Source of the DNA: Planctomycetota bacterium
GTDB taxonomy: Bacteria > Planctomycetota > B15-G4
Length of the DNA: 64,000 bases
Assembly (NCBI GenBank): GCA_965248575.1
Contig: CBDFJQ010000002.1
Coordinates: 1,248,001 to 1,312,000, forward strand
Reading direction: 5' to 3'
Position numbers and translations under genes: made by a program. Numbering within the stretch: the stretch's first letter is position 1; every line of letters starts with the position of its first letter. Below the pieces are notes generated by a model. It worked only from the letters and a program-made list of their open reading frames with translations. It was not told the origin of the DNA and ran no database searches. This document shows, in pieces, positions 29,736 to 41,982 of the stretch.

Positions 29736-31238
29736 TCAGCGCTTGCGGCGCCCCTGCTTCTTGCGCTTGCGTTCGGCCTTGCGGCTCTTGCGACGAGCAT
29801 CCGTCGTCTGCCGGTCCGCCGAGGGTAGGGATGCCCCGGGCATGCCGTCCATTCCAGGCATGCCCTGCATGTTGGCCATGTCTGGCATGTCCCCCATGCC
29901 CATGCCGCCTCCCACACCGCCCCCCATGGCGCCCTTGAGCCGGGAGAACAGGCCGCCCTTCTTCATCTGCTTCATCATCTTTCGCATCTGCTCGAACTGC
30001 TTGAGCATGCGCGAGACCACGTCGACACCCGTGCCGCTGCCCCGGGCGATGCGACGCTTGCGGGCCGCATCGATCACTTCTGGGCGCCGCCGCTCGGCCG
30101 GTGTCATGGAGAGCACCACGGCTTCGGTTCGGTGCAGGGCCTTCTCGTCGATCTGGTCGGCCATGCCAGCGGGAACCCCCGGCAGGTGCCCCAGAAGATC
30201 CCCCAGCGAACCCATCTTGCGGATGGCCCGGAGCTGCTTGAGGAAGTCGTCCAGGGTGAAGCGGTCTTCCATCATCCGCTTCATCTGGGCTTCAGCTTCC
30301 TTCTCGTCGACGACGTCCTGTGCCTTCTCGACGAGGCTCACCACGTCGCCCATGCCCAGCAGTCGACTGACGAGACGGTCCGCGTGGAAAGGCTGCAGGT
30401 CGGCGACCTTTTCCCCGATGCCCACGTAGCGCACGGGCGTGTCCGTCACATGACGCACGGAGAGGGCGGCGCCACCGCGGGAGTCACCGTCGAGCTTGGT
30501 GAGGATTACGCCGTCGAGGGGCAAGGTCTCGCGGAAGGCCGACGCGCTGCGTACGGCGTCCTGGCCCGTCATGGCATCGCACACCAGGAAGGTGGTGTCC
30601 GGGGTCACGGCCGCACGGATGCGGCCCAACTCCTGCATGAGGTCCGAATCGATGTGCAGACGACCGGCGGTGTCCACCAGCACGGTGTCCCGCCCGGTCT
30701 TCAGGGCCTCCGCCAGGGCCAACTTCGCCAACACCTCGGGGGGCTCGCTGGGCACGTTGAAGACGGGCAGATCGTTGGCGGCGCCCAGTTGGCGCAGCTG
30801 CTCCACCGCGGCCGGGCGCTGGGTGTCGGCAGCAACGAGCAGCGGCTTGCGCTTGCGCGTGTCCCGCAAGTGCACGGCCAGCTTGGCGCTGGATGTGGTC
30901 TTGCCCGAGCCCTGCAATCCGGCCATCAGGATCACCGTGGGCCGCCCCACGGCAAAATCGATGGGCTCGCCCTCGCTGGACATCATCTCCACGAGTTCGT
31001 CGTGGAAGAGCTTGACCAGCATCTGGCCCGCACTCACCGATTTGACCACTTCCGTGCCCAAGGCCTTGGCCTTGACGCGGTCAATCAGGTCTTTGGCGAC
31101 ACGGAAATGGACATCCGCCTCGAGCAAGGCCGCCCGAACTTCGGACAGACCTTCCTCGATGTTGGTCTCGGTGAGCCGGCCACGGCCGGTGAGCCCCGAG
31201 AAAACACCGCTCAGACGTTGTGAGAGAGACTCGAACAT
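29736..31238 (-). CDS. ffh: signal recognition particle protein
   Basis: ALLEADV, GLQGSGKTT, DTAGR, TKLDGDSRGGAALS, Met-rich M domain. Confidence 0.97.
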   Translation of the reverse strand: MFESLSQRLSGVFSGLTGRGRLTETNIEEGLSEVRAALLEADVHFRVAKDLIDRVKAKALGTEVVKSVSAGQMLVKLFHDELVEMMSSEGEPIDFAVGRPTVILMAGLQGSGKTTSSAKLAVHLRDTRKRKPLLVAADTQRPAAVEQLRQLGAANDLPVFNVPSEPPEVLAKLALAEALKTGRDTVLVDTAGRLHIDSDLMQELGRIRAAVTPDTTFLVCDAMTGQDAVRSASAFRETLPLDGVILTKLDGDSRGGAALSVRHVTDTPVRYVGIGEKVADLQPFHADRLVSRLLGMGDVVSLVEKAQDVVDEKEAEAQMKRMMEDRFTLDDFLKQLRAIRKMGSLGDLLGHLPGVPAGMADQIDEKALHRTEAVVLSMTPAERRRPEVIDAARKRRIARGSGTGVDVVSRMLKQFEQMRKMMKQMKKGGLFSRLKGAMGGGVGGGMGMGDMPDMANMQGMPGMDGMPGASLPSADRQTTDARRKSRKAERKRKKQGRRKR

Positions 31239-31265
31239 GGGTCCTGTAGCAAACCCCTCCGTTTA

Positions 31266-32558
31266 TCAAACAGGGGTCGAAGGCACAAGATCTGGCTGAC
31301 TCTCGCGCGAGATTTCGGCGCCCAGCGACCGAAGGCGTTCGTCGATGCGTTCGTAGCCCCGATCGATGTGATAGACCCGTCGGACCTCCGTTTCGCCCTC
31401 CGCCACCAGCCCCGCCAGGACGAGAGCCGCGCTGGCGCGCAGGTCGCTGGCCATCACGATGGCGCCCGAGAGGGGTGCTGGGCCGTGAACAATGGCCTGC
31501 GCCCCCTCCTTGGAGATTCGAGCCCCTAGGCGCAGCAGCTCCGCCACGTGCATGAAGCGATCCGGGAAGATCCGCTCGGCCACCACGGAGATGCCCTCGG
31601 CCACCGTGAGCGCCGCCATGAGCTGCGCCTGGAGGTCAGTCGGGAAACCCGGAAAGGGCAAGGTGGTGATATCGGCCGCCCGCAGCGGACCCGTGGCCTG
31701 GCAGCGAATCCAGTCCGACCCCGTCGTGAGCTCGGCCCCCATGGTCGTCAGGGCTTCGAGAGCCGCGGTGAGGGTCTGCGGCTCGACGCCCGTCACGGTC
31801 ACGTCGCCCCCGGTCATGGCCGCGCCTGTCAGGAAGGTCCCCGCCTCCACACGATCGCCTCCGACCCGATGCTCCGTGCCGTGCAGCTCGCGGACACCTT
31901 CGATGACGAGACAATGCCCACCCAAGCCGCTGATCTTTGCCCCCATGGCCACCAGGCAGCGGCAGAGCTCAGTGATCTCCGGCTCCATCGCAGCGTTCTC
32001 GATCTCCGTGCGGCCCTCAGCCAGGACGGCGGCCGTGAGCATCTGGGCCGTTGCCAGCACGCTGCTCCCCGCCCGGGATCCCAGATAGACCGACGCTCCT
32101 CGCAGGCGGCCGCCCGCCTCGCTCACCAGGTAGCCACCTTCGACCCGGATCCCGGCCCCCAGGGCGTTCAAGCCCTTGACGTGCAGATCGACCGGCCGCA
32201 CGCCGAAGACACAGCCCCCGGGCATGCTGACCCGGGCAGCCCCTCGCCGGGCAATCAACGGCCCAAGCACGCAGACCGACGCCCGCATGGTCGAGACCAG
32301 GTCGTAGGGCGCCTCGATCGGCCCCTCGTCCTGTGCCTGCAGCTCCAGGCGATCCCCCTCGTGGCTCACCTCGACCCCCAGCCCAGCCAGGATGCGGGCC
32401 ATGGTCTCCACGTCCCTAAGACGTGGCACGTGGGTCAGGACCAACGGCTGCTTGGTGAGCAAACAGGCCGCCATGAGCGGCAGAACCGCGTTTTTGGAGC
32501 CAGCCGCCTCGAGGCTTCCCTCTAGGCGGGCGCCACCGACCACTCTCAGCTGATCCAA
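31266..32558 (-). CDS. murA: UDP-N-acetylglucosamine 1-carboxyvinyltransferase
   Basis: GSKNA, MRAS, PGGCVFGVRPVDLH (Cys115 equivalent), PGFPTDLQAQ, HIDRGYE; TTG start 32558 with GGAGG SD. Confidence 0.96.
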   Translation of the reverse strand: MDQLRVVGGARLEGSLEAAGSKNAVLPLMAACLLTKQPLVLTHVPRLRDVETMARILAGLGVEVSHEGDRLELQAQDEGPIEAPYDLVSTMRASVCVLGPLIARRGAARVSMPGGCVFGVRPVDLHVKGLNALGAGIRVEGGYLVSEAGGRLRGASVYLGSRAGSSVLATAQMLTAAVLAEGRTEIENAAMEPEITELCRCLVAMGAKISGLGGHCLVIEGVRELHGTEHRVGGDRVEAGTFLTGAAMTGGDVTVTGVEPQTLTAALEALTTMGAELTTGSDWIRCQATGPLRAADITTLPFPGFPTDLQAQLMAALTVAEGISVVAERIFPDRFMHVAELLRLGARISKEGAQAIVHGPAPLSGAIVMASDLRASAALVLAGLVAEGETEVRRVYHIDRGYERIDERLRSLGAEISRESQPDLVPSTPV

Positions 32559-32601
32559 GGCATCCCTCCGGAAGACCGCCAAAGAGCAAGTCCGGAGCTG
32601 C

Positions 32602-32629
32602 TTGACTCGAAGGGCGACACCTTTAACAT
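32602..32629 (+). promoter_or_regulatory. sigma70-type promoter TTGACT-N16-TAACAT
   Basis: Near-consensus -35/-10 in an AT-enriched patch upstream of the alpha-CTD gene. Confidence 0.6.
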
Positions 32630-32862
32630 TGGCGGATTCGACACACAGTCTCAAACATTCCTGTATCCACAACCCACCAGGAGGGCGGCAGCGAGGGCGC
32701 GAGGTTAGGGCAAGCAGGGACAGGGTGCAACGCAACGCGGCACCCAACGAGGACGTCGAGGGCGACCAGAGATCCGGTCAGCGCCCGCTGCGAGACTCCC
32801 GTCCCGAGCCCCCATCCCCCGGCTCCCGCCCGATCCTCCACGGCCCCGAGCTACCACTACGC

Positions 32863-34446
32863 ATGACCAACGAGACGACGAACGTGCCCGCGGATTCCAC
32901 CGAAGAGCCGCAGAGCCCGATGCCCACGTCTGACTCCGGAGTGCCACCCACTGCCGACGATGCGAACGCCGAACCCCTCGACATGGGGGTCACGACGGAA
33001 GTGCACGATGGAGAGGAGGGTGTCGCAGCAGAGATGAACGAGCTCGAAGAATTCGAAGAAGTTGAACTCACGGAAGAGCAGCTCGCCGCGGAAGCTGAAG
33101 CGCTCGCCGCCGCGGACGCCGCCGAAGCCGCAGCGGCCGCAGAGGCCGAGGCGCTCGAGATGGCTTCACGCAATTGGTTCGGCACCCTGCCTTCCGACTG
33201 GGAGAGCTGGTGTTTCTTCCGCGACCAGGTCAACGAGACGCTTCGCGTGCGCGAGAGTTTCCTGAACTGGCTCTCGAACAACTTCGACGAGACGGCCGAT
33301 GCCTACAAGCTGGGCCTCGGGCGCAGTGCAGCCGGACAGTTGTCCCGCGCCATCCCGTTGCTCGCCGGGGAGAACACGCCCTTCGCCAAGTTGCTCACGG
33401 GCACGGCGCAGATGAACCTGGGACAGCACGAGGAAGCCGTCGCGACGCTCTCGTCCATCAACGATGCGTCGGAGATCGGTGCGCGTGCGCGCATCGCGCT
33501 CGTGGATCACGCCTTCTCCACCCGAAACGCCGAGGCTCTGCAGAGCGCAGCGCTGGCCGTGAAGAAGGCCGGCGATGCCCCGGCACACCAAGCTTTCGCA
33601 GAGGGTGCCTTGCTGGAAGCCGACGGCGAGCATCAGGCAGCTATCGACGCCTGGGCCCGTGCGGTGGAAGCCGACCCCAAGCACGCCGAGGCCACCTTCC
33701 GGCTCGCAGAGCTGCTCGACCTCTACGGCGACGACGAAAACGCCCAGGAGCTGTACGACCGGTTCCGCAATGGTGAGTTGCCGCCGCAGGTCGGCGCACT
33801 CATGAACCTCGGAACCATGCACGAGGACAACCAGAACCACCCCTGGGCCACGAGCTGCTTCCAGATGGTGGTCAACGCAGACCCGGAGAACGAGCGGGCC
33901 CGCCACTACCTGTCCAACGCCCGCGCCTCGAGCATCCAGTACTACGACGAAGGTCGCGAACGCAGCGCCGACAAGCAGAACGCCGTCATGCGCATCCCCG
34001 TGACCGACTTCGAGTTGTCCGTGCGCGCCCGCAACTGCCTGCAGCGCATGGCGATCCACACCCTCGGCGACCTGGTGTCCCGCACCGAGAGCGAGCTGCT
34101 GTCGTTCAAGAACTTCGGCGAGACCAGCCTGCAGGAAGTGAAGGACATCCTGGTCATGAAGGGCCTTCGCCTGGGAATGATGCCCACCATGGAAGTCGGC
34201 CCAGCTGCATCGGCCGCAACGGCGGGCCCGGTCGCGGGAACAGGCGACGTGATGGAGATCCTCATCTCCGAGCTGGACCTTTCGGTGCGCTCCCGCGCCG
34301 CCTTGGCCATGCTGGGCATCGTGCGCGTGCGTGATCTCACGTCCGCCAATGAGACCACGCTGATGAGCTGCAAGAACTTCGGACAGACGTCCTTGGACGA
34401 GATCCGCAGCAAGCTGCGCAACCTGGGCCTCGAGCTGGCGAAGTGA
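32863..34446 (+). CDS. TPR protein with two C-terminal RNA polymerase alpha-CTD domains
   Basis: Acidic N-terminus and TPRs, then PVTDFELSVRARNCL...KNFGETSLQEV and ISELDLSVRSRAAL...KNFGQTSLDEI; no alpha-NTD. Confidence 0.9.
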   Translation: MTNETTNVPADSTEEPQSPMPTSDSGVPPTADDANAEPLDMGVTTEVHDGEEGVAAEMNELEEFEEVELTEEQLAAEAEALAAADAAEAAAAAEAEALEMASRNWFGTLPSDWESWCFFRDQVNETLRVRESFLNWLSNNFDETADAYKLGLGRSAAGQLSRAIPLLAGENTPFAKLLTGTAQMNLGQHEEAVATLSSINDASEIGARARIALVDHAFSTRNAEALQSAALAVKKAGDAPAHQAFAEGALLEADGEHQAAIDAWARAVEADPKHAEATFRLAELLDLYGDDENAQELYDRFRNGELPPQVGALMNLGTMHEDNQNHPWATSCFQMVVNADPENERARHYLSNARASSIQYYDEGRERSADKQNAVMRIPVTDFELSVRARNCLQRMAIHTLGDLVSRTESELLSFKNFGETSLQEVKDILVMKGLRLGMMPTMEVGPAASAATAGPVAGTGDVMEILISELDLSVRSRAALAMLGIVRVRDLTSANETTLMSCKNFGQTSLDEIRSKLRNLGLELAK

Positions 34447-34995
34447 TGTACGAGTACCTCTCGGGTCGCTTGGTTCATCGAGGGCCCGATGAGGTGGTGC
34501 TGGATCTCGCGGGCGTGGGCTGGCGGCTGCTCGTCTCGGGCGCCACAGCCTCACGACTGCCCGAGCTGGGTGACTCGGTGACGCTCTTCACCCACCAGGC
34601 CGTGCGCGATGAACGCCCCATTCTCTACGGCTTCGCCAGCCGCGAAGAACGGGGCCTGTTCGAGAAGCTGCTCACGGTCAGCAAGATCGGCCCAGCGATC
34701 GCGCTGGCCCTGCTCTCGGCCATGGAGCCTGCTCGGCTCGCCGCGGCCGTGGATCAAGGTGATGTCGGCCTGCTCTCCATGGTCAAGGGCGTGGGCAAGC
34801 GGACGGCGGAGCGCCTGTGCGTCGAACTGAAAGACCGGCTCCAGGTCGTGGGTTCCTTGCCCGGCGTGGTGACGGACCGGGGCGCCTCGGTCAGCTCTGC
34901 CTTGGTGGCCCTGGGCTATCCCCGCTCCGCGGCGGCAGCCGCTGCGGTGGCCGCCACGAGCGACGCACCGAAGGACACGCCGCTCGAAGAGCTCG

Positions 34996-36795
<1,800 letters not shown>

Positions 36796-36996
36796 GTTCC
36801 CAGCCACGGTCCCTGCCACGTTGCGTTTCTCGAGCTCTCATCCAGGCACCCGTCATCCAGCCGCCGGGCGCCGACCAAAGGCCACGAACCATCAGGCCGG
36901 TTGCCCGGACAGCCCGGGCAGAGCCCAGTCTGACAAATGGAGGATTCCAAGGGTGGCTGGAGTCGCCCCACTGCTTCGGTCATCCTGGGAGGCCTC

Positions 36997-38112
36997 ATGA
37001 CCGGTTCCCCATCCAGCCCGCCCCCTCCCGATCCTCCGGCCGCTCAACCGGAGCCCTCCGTTGGCTCCCCCCGAGCCGCTTCGGGTCGCCGAGCCTCGGA
37101 TTCCTGCTCGGAGCACGACGCACCGGTCCTCTGCGTGGAGAGCTTGCTGCTGCAAGTCGGGGCGCGCACCTTGGTCCGGGATTTGAGCTTCCGTCTCGCG
37201 GCGGGAGAGCGGCTCGTCATCGTCGGCGGGAACGGCGCCGGGAAGTCCACCTTGCTGTCCGTGCTGGCAGGTCTCACGAAGCCCACCGGCGGTCTCGTCC
37301 AGAGGCCATCCTCCCCGCCCGGCGTCCTGTTCCAGGACGGCGGCCTCTGGCCACACATGACCGTCAACGAACACCTGGAATTCGTGGACACTCAACACGA
37401 CACGGTTTGGCGCAGCCGCCTGCTGGACACCTTCCGACTGAAGGACCTCATCAGCCACAGACCGGAGGCCCTGAGCGGCGGTGAACGTCTGCGACTGGGG
37501 TTGGCCCGGGCCCTGGCCAATCGACCCAGCTGGATCCTGCTGGACGAGCCCCTGGCCCACCTCGACCCCCAAGTGGTCGCCATCGTGCGCGAGAGCCTGC
37601 CCATGCTGATCGAGGAGATCGGTGCGGCCTCCCTGGTGGTCACCCACAACCCGGATGACGTGCTGCACTTCGGCGAACGCCTGTTGTCTCTTTCGGGCAA
37701 TGGCCCCACCTGGCTGGGCCCCGCGCGCTTCGCTCTCGACTCACCGCCAACCCGCGGGCTCGCGGCCTTCGCAGAGCGGGGCACCTTGCTGACAGCCCTC
37801 TCGGACAGCCAAGGTCGTGCAGACTTCGGTCTCGGTCTCGCTGCCGATGGTTGCCCGCCCCGCGAACAGATCACCGCGTACCTGGACACGGCTGCAGTGC
37901 GCCTCACGGACAGCGCGTCGTCGATCCAGGGAACCTACGTGGCGCCCGACCGTCGCGGCGGCAGCTGGGTGCGTGTCGAAGGCCGCTTGCTGCGCTGCTC
38001 CGATATCGGTGGAAGCCTGCACGCAGGCCAACACGTGCGCGTCCACATCGAAGGCCGTGTGCGCCCACTCTACGATGAAGAGCACGCACCCTCCTCGGCG
38101 CCCGTTTCCTGA
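36997..38112 (+). CDS. ABC transporter ATP-binding protein
   Basis: GGNGAGKST, LSGGE, ILLDEP, VTH; C-terminal extension; start uncertain. Confidence 0.88.
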   Translation: MTGSPSSPPPPDPPAAQPEPSVGSPRAASGRRASDSCSEHDAPVLCVESLLLQVGARTLVRDLSFRLAAGERLVIVGGNGAGKSTLLSVLAGLTKPTGGLVQRPSSPPGVLFQDGGLWPHMTVNEHLEFVDTQHDTVWRSRLLDTFRLKDLISHRPEALSGGERLRLGLARALANRPSWILLDEPLAHLDPQVVAIVRESLPMLIEEIGAASLVVTHNPDDVLHFGERLLSLSGNGPTWLGPARFALDSPPTRGLAAFAERGTLLTALSDSQGRADFGLGLAADGCPPREQITAYLDTAAVRLTDSASSIQGTYVAPDRRGGSWVRVEGRLLRCSDIGGSLHAGQHVRVHIEGRVRPLYDEEHAPSSAPVS

Positions 38113-39176
38113 TGGCCCGCCGCGTCATCGCCGTGTCCTTGCTGCTGGTGCTGACAGCCATTATCTGGTTGGCTCCCGATGACCAAGCCCGCGAGGGCTC
38201 CGCCGGAAACGCGCAGGGCGATCCAGGGCAGCAAGGCAGCGCACTGACCGGCGCGCCCAGCTCCTGCCTCCCGTGCCACCGGGAGGTCGTGGACGAGTGG
38301 CAACTCTCCATGCACTCCCAGGCCTTCACCGACCCGCAGGTGCGAGCTCCCGATCAGTCGGACAACTTCCGGCAGACCGAGTGCATCCCGTGTCACGCGC
38401 CCCGCCCCGTGTTCGAGTACGGCATCCAGGACGAAACGCGTGTGGTCGCCCGGGTTCAACGGCGGCACGACGGTGTGGATTGCCTCTCCTGCCACGGGCT
38501 CGCCGACGGGCAGGTGGCGTCCACGCGGCCCGGCCTCACGGGGGCTTGCCAACCCACGCTGAAAGCCGAGCTGTCGACCCAAGCGCTGTGTGCTCCCTGC
38601 CACAACCAACACGACCTGCACGATGAGTGGCGCGCCTCCCCTGCCTACGAGGCGGGCACGGCCTGCAATGACTGCCACATGCCACGGGTCCGAAGGGAAG
38701 GTCCGGAGGCCGGGGCGCCCCGCAGCGGACGCAGCCACCGTTTCCTGGGCGGTCGGGACGATCAGTTCGCCGTGGCGGGGTTGCGCCTGGGGCACGAACT
38801 GAGAGGCCGGTTGCTGCGGGTGAGCCTCGAGAACACCTTCGCTGGCCACAACCTCCCGAGTGACTCACGCAACCGGGCACTCGACCTCGTGGTCACCCTG
38901 TTCGATGCCCGCGGTGCCCCGCTGCCGTCCCTGGAAGGGGTGGGAGTGCGCCACCCGGGCGGCGAGAGCGGCACGGCCCGCCTTCGCTTCCGGAACCCCT
39001 ACCGCAGTTCTGGCGAAGCCAGCACCCAACTACCAGCCGGCGAGACCGCCAGCCTCGATCTGCCGCTGCCGGAGCAGGCCGCGCGGGCACGCATCGAAGT
39101 CTTCTACAAACTGCAGCCCTGGCTGAGTGACCTGGAAGCCCACTGGTCCCATGGAATGGATGTGCTGCTCCCCTGA
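38112..39176 (+). CDS. membrane-anchored pentaheme c-type cytochrome
   Basis: N-terminal TM; CLPCH, CIPCH, CLSCH, CAPCH, CNDCH. Confidence 0.9.
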   Translation: MARRVIAVSLLLVLTAIIWLAPDDQAREGSAGNAQGDPGQQGSALTGAPSSCLPCHREVVDEWQLSMHSQAFTDPQVRAPDQSDNFRQTECIPCHAPRPVFEYGIQDETRVVARVQRRHDGVDCLSCHGLADGQVASTRPGLTGACQPTLKAELSTQALCAPCHNQHDLHDEWRASPAYEAGTACNDCHMPRVRREGPEAGAPRSGRSHRFLGGRDDQFAVAGLRLGHELRGRLLRVSLENTFAGHNLPSDSRNRALDLVVTLFDARGAPLPSLEGVGVRHPGGESGTARLRFRNPYRSSGEASTQLPAGETASLDLPLPEQAARARIEVFYKLQPWLSDLEAHWSHGMDVLLP

Positions 39177-39260
39177 GGGGACCGGTGCCTGGCGCTTCAG
39201 CGGCACGCTCAAGGCGCGTGAGGCTGCGCCCGGCTGGCCGCTCCCCTACGGGCTGGCTTG

Positions 39261-40454
39261 CTACCCCACCACCCCTCGCAGGAGGACATCGTCTCCGCAA
39301 GGCAGAGTGCGCACGTACTGCAGTCGCAGCTTTTCCGAGATCTCGCCCACGACTGCCCGCTGCTCGGCGGAGCCGGGCTGGCACTGCCCCAGACCTGGGA
39401 GCTCCCAGCTTTCCAGTGCGGCGAGCGCGCCAGGGCCGAGCACCGTCCTGCTCAAGAACACCGCCACCTGATCCACGAGCCCGGCTTGGAAGAAGCGCTC
39501 GAGGGTCTGGGCGCCGCCTTCCACCATGAGCCGCTTCACGCCTTGCAGCCACAGGCACTCGAGCACGGCCTCGGTCCAGTCCGTGCCATAGGCGGGACCG
39601 CCGGGCACCCGGAAGACCCGAGCTCCCTCCTCCTCAATGAGCTCCAACGCCTGGCTCTCCACGGCATCCGTAGCCATGAGCCATGTGGGCACTTCGCCGG
39701 ACGACGTCAGCAGGGCGCAGCCCGGGGGCGTGCGCAGCGAGCGGTCCAGGACGATCCGTCGCAGAGGCCGCGTCGGCTGCAAGGAACCCCGCGCCGTGAG
39801 CAGCGGATCGTCAGCGAGTACGGTGCCCACGCCCACCAGGACGCCGTCGAGGGCTGCACGCCAGTCATGGACAAGCGCTTGGGCCTGACGACCCGTGAGC
39901 TGCCGCCGACTCCGATCAGCGGGAGCCAGTGCGCCCTCGGCCGAGAGCGCCCACTTGGCGAAAACGTGCGGTCGCCGAAGCTCCAGGCCAGCCACGAAGG
40001 GGGCGATCAGCTCCCGGCTTTCCGGGCTGTTGGCCAACACGACCGAAACCCCCGCCTGGCGCAACACATCGAGCCCGTGGCCGCTGTGCCCCGGGGCCGG
40101 ATCCACGCACCCGACCACCAGCCGGGCGATACCCGCCGCGAGCAAGGCTTCCGTGCAGGCTGCGGTCTTCCCAGCGGTCGAACACGGTTCCAGGGTCACG
40201 CACATCGTGCCCCCCCGTGCGCGTCCACCCGCCGCTGCCAGGGCGTTCACTTCCGCGTGGGGGCCACCGAATCGCTCGTGCCAGCCCTCTCCCAACACCT
40301 CGACAGTGTGTTCAGAGTGGCCGTCGGCGGCCGATAACACCACCGCACCCACGATCGGGTTCGGTTCCACATCGCCGCGCCCGTTCCGGGCCAGGGTCTC
40401 TGCCCGTTGCAGCGCCTCACGTTCGGCCGAGGTCAGCTCTGTCAGGGAACTCAC
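39261..40454 (-). CDS. ribD: riboflavin biosynthesis deaminase/reductase
   Basis: PNPIVGAVV, HAEV, TLEPC....TAAC, VGVGTVLADDP, MVEGG. Confidence 0.95.
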   Translation of the reverse strand: MSSLTELTSAEREALQRAETLARNGRGDVEPNPIVGAVVLSAADGHSEHTVEVLGEGWHERFGGPHAEVNALAAAGGRARGGTMCVTLEPCSTAGKTAACTEALLAAGIARLVVGCVDPAPGHSGHGLDVLRQAGVSVVLANSPESRELIAPFVAGLELRRPHVFAKWALSAEGALAPADRSRRQLTGRQAQALVHDWRAALDGVLVGVGTVLADDPLLTARGSLQPTRPLRRIVLDRSLRTPPGCALLTSSGEVPTWLMATDAVESQALELIEEEGARVFRVPGGPAYGTDWTEAVLECLWLQGVKRLMVEGGAQTLERFFQAGLVDQVAVFLSRTVLGPGALAALESWELPGLGQCQPGSAEQRAVVGEISEKLRLQYVRTLPCGDDVLLRGVVG

Positions 40455-40479
40455 GGCAGCACGCGCTCCAAGCCGGAGT

Positions 40480-41856
40480 TCACGCTCCCGCGACGGGAGC
40501 CGACTTCATTCGGCGCCCAGACAAGGTCAGCGCCGTCGACTCGAGCACCTCGACATCCACGAAGGTGTCCGCCCACCCGGGTTCTCCGGAGAAGACAATG
40601 CGGTCGAAGGCGAGGTTGCGTCCAAAGAGCATGTTGGGGTCGCGACGACTCGCGCCCTCCACCAGCACTTCGTGTCGACTGCCGATCAAGCGGCGGTGTC
40701 GCTCTTCTTGGATGGTCGTCTGCAAGGCCTGCACCTCAGCGAAGCGGGCACGCTTCAGCTTGTCAGGCACATCGTCCTCGAGCCTCCCCCACGCGGGTGT
40801 CCCCGGGCGCGGGGAGTAGCGGAAGATGAAGGCTTGGCTGAAACGCACCTCGTGGACCATGCGCATCGTCGCCGCAAAGTCATCGTCCGTCTCACCGGGG
40901 AAGCCGATGATCAGGTCTGCACCGATCTGCACGCCGGGGATGCGCTGCTTCAGCTCTCGGGCGATGTCCAGGTATCGTTCGGAGGTGTAGCCACGAGCCA
41001 TGCGGCGCAGGACACTGTCGCTCCCCGATTGGGGCGGGAGGTGGAGGAACAGACCGGCCTTGCGGCAAGCTGCCATGGCGTCGATGAGCCGATCGTCCAT
41101 CTCTTCGGGATGGCTCGTGATGAACCGCACGCGGCGGAGACCGTCCAGGGCTTCCAGCTGCTCGAGCAGGTCACCGAGCGAACGCCCTTCGGCGCGTCCC
41201 CAGGCATTGACGGTCTGGCCCAGGAGCGTGACTTCCACGACGCCGTCGTCCACGAGCCGCCGCACTTCGTCGAGGATCTCGGCCATGGGCCGGCTCACTT
41301 CGAAGCCGCGCGTGTTCGGCACCACACAGTAGGTGCAGCGCTTGTCACAACCGCGCATGACCGTCACGAACGCCCGGCTGCGGCTAGGGCGTGCTTCGAT
41401 ATCGCGCTCTTCATTGACCTGTGGACTCCCGTCCACCGCCACGATTCGCGACTGGTCGGCGCGCACCTCGTCGAGCACTTGGGCAACTTGGGGAAAGTCG
41501 CGCGTCCCCACCACGAAGTCGAGGGCTGGCCAACGGCGAAGCAGCTCCTGACCTTCGCGCGAGGCCATGCACCCCAGGACCCCCACCGCCAGTCCGGGTC
41601 GTTCCTTCTTCGCCAAGGCCAGTTCGCCGAGATGGCTGTGCACCCGGTTCTCGGATTGGTCGCGAATGCTGCAGGTCACGAGCAGCACGGCGTCGGCCTC
41701 TTCGTCTCGATCCGTGAAGTCGTAGCCGGAGCGCTTCAGGGCGCCCACAACGAGCTCGGCGTCGAGCTTGTTCATCTGGCAACCGAAGACCTCAAGCAGG
41801 ACTTTCGGCCCCCCGGTGTGACCCAGGGGTGGTGGAGAGAGGACGGCGTCGTTCAT
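40480..41856 (-). CDS. miaB: tRNA methylthiotransferase
   Basis: FGCQMNKLD, TCSIR, GCMA, GCDKRCTYCVVP radical SAM motif, TRAM C-terminus. Confidence 0.94.
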   Translation of the reverse strand: MNDAVLSPPPLGHTGGPKVLLEVFGCQMNKLDAELVVGALKRSGYDFTDRDEEADAVLLVTCSIRDQSENRVHSHLGELALAKKERPGLAVGVLGCMASREGQELLRRWPALDFVVGTRDFPQVAQVLDEVRADQSRIVAVDGSPQVNEERDIEARPSRSRAFVTVMRGCDKRCTYCVVPNTRGFEVSRPMAEILDEVRRLVDDGVVEVTLLGQTVNAWGRAEGRSLGDLLEQLEALDGLRRVRFITSHPEEMDDRLIDAMAACRKAGLFLHLPPQSGSDSVLRRMARGYTSERYLDIARELKQRIPGVQIGADLIIGFPGETDDDFAATMRMVHEVRFSQAFIFRYSPRPGTPAWGRLEDDVPDKLKRARFAEVQALQTTIQEERHRRLIGSRHEVLVEGASRRDPNMLFGRNLAFDRIVFSGEPGWADTFVDVEVLESTALTLSGRRMKSAPVAGA

Positions 41857-41982
41857 GGCGCGGCATTGTAGTGGACTCCCCCGGCCGACGCCCCCTCCAA
41901 GGCACTGCAGCCACATCTCGCACGCCTCCCCGTTCTGCACCCCCCAGAACGAGGCCTAGGGCCGCAGCATCAAGCAGCTACC

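Noticed and set aside
31266..32558. murA in a probable planctomycete as a novelty
   Set aside because: Peptidoglycan synthesis in Planctomycetota is already established
32863..34446. Annotating this gene as rpoA
   Set aside because: Lacks the alpha N-terminal assembly domain and is not in the rpsK/rplQ context
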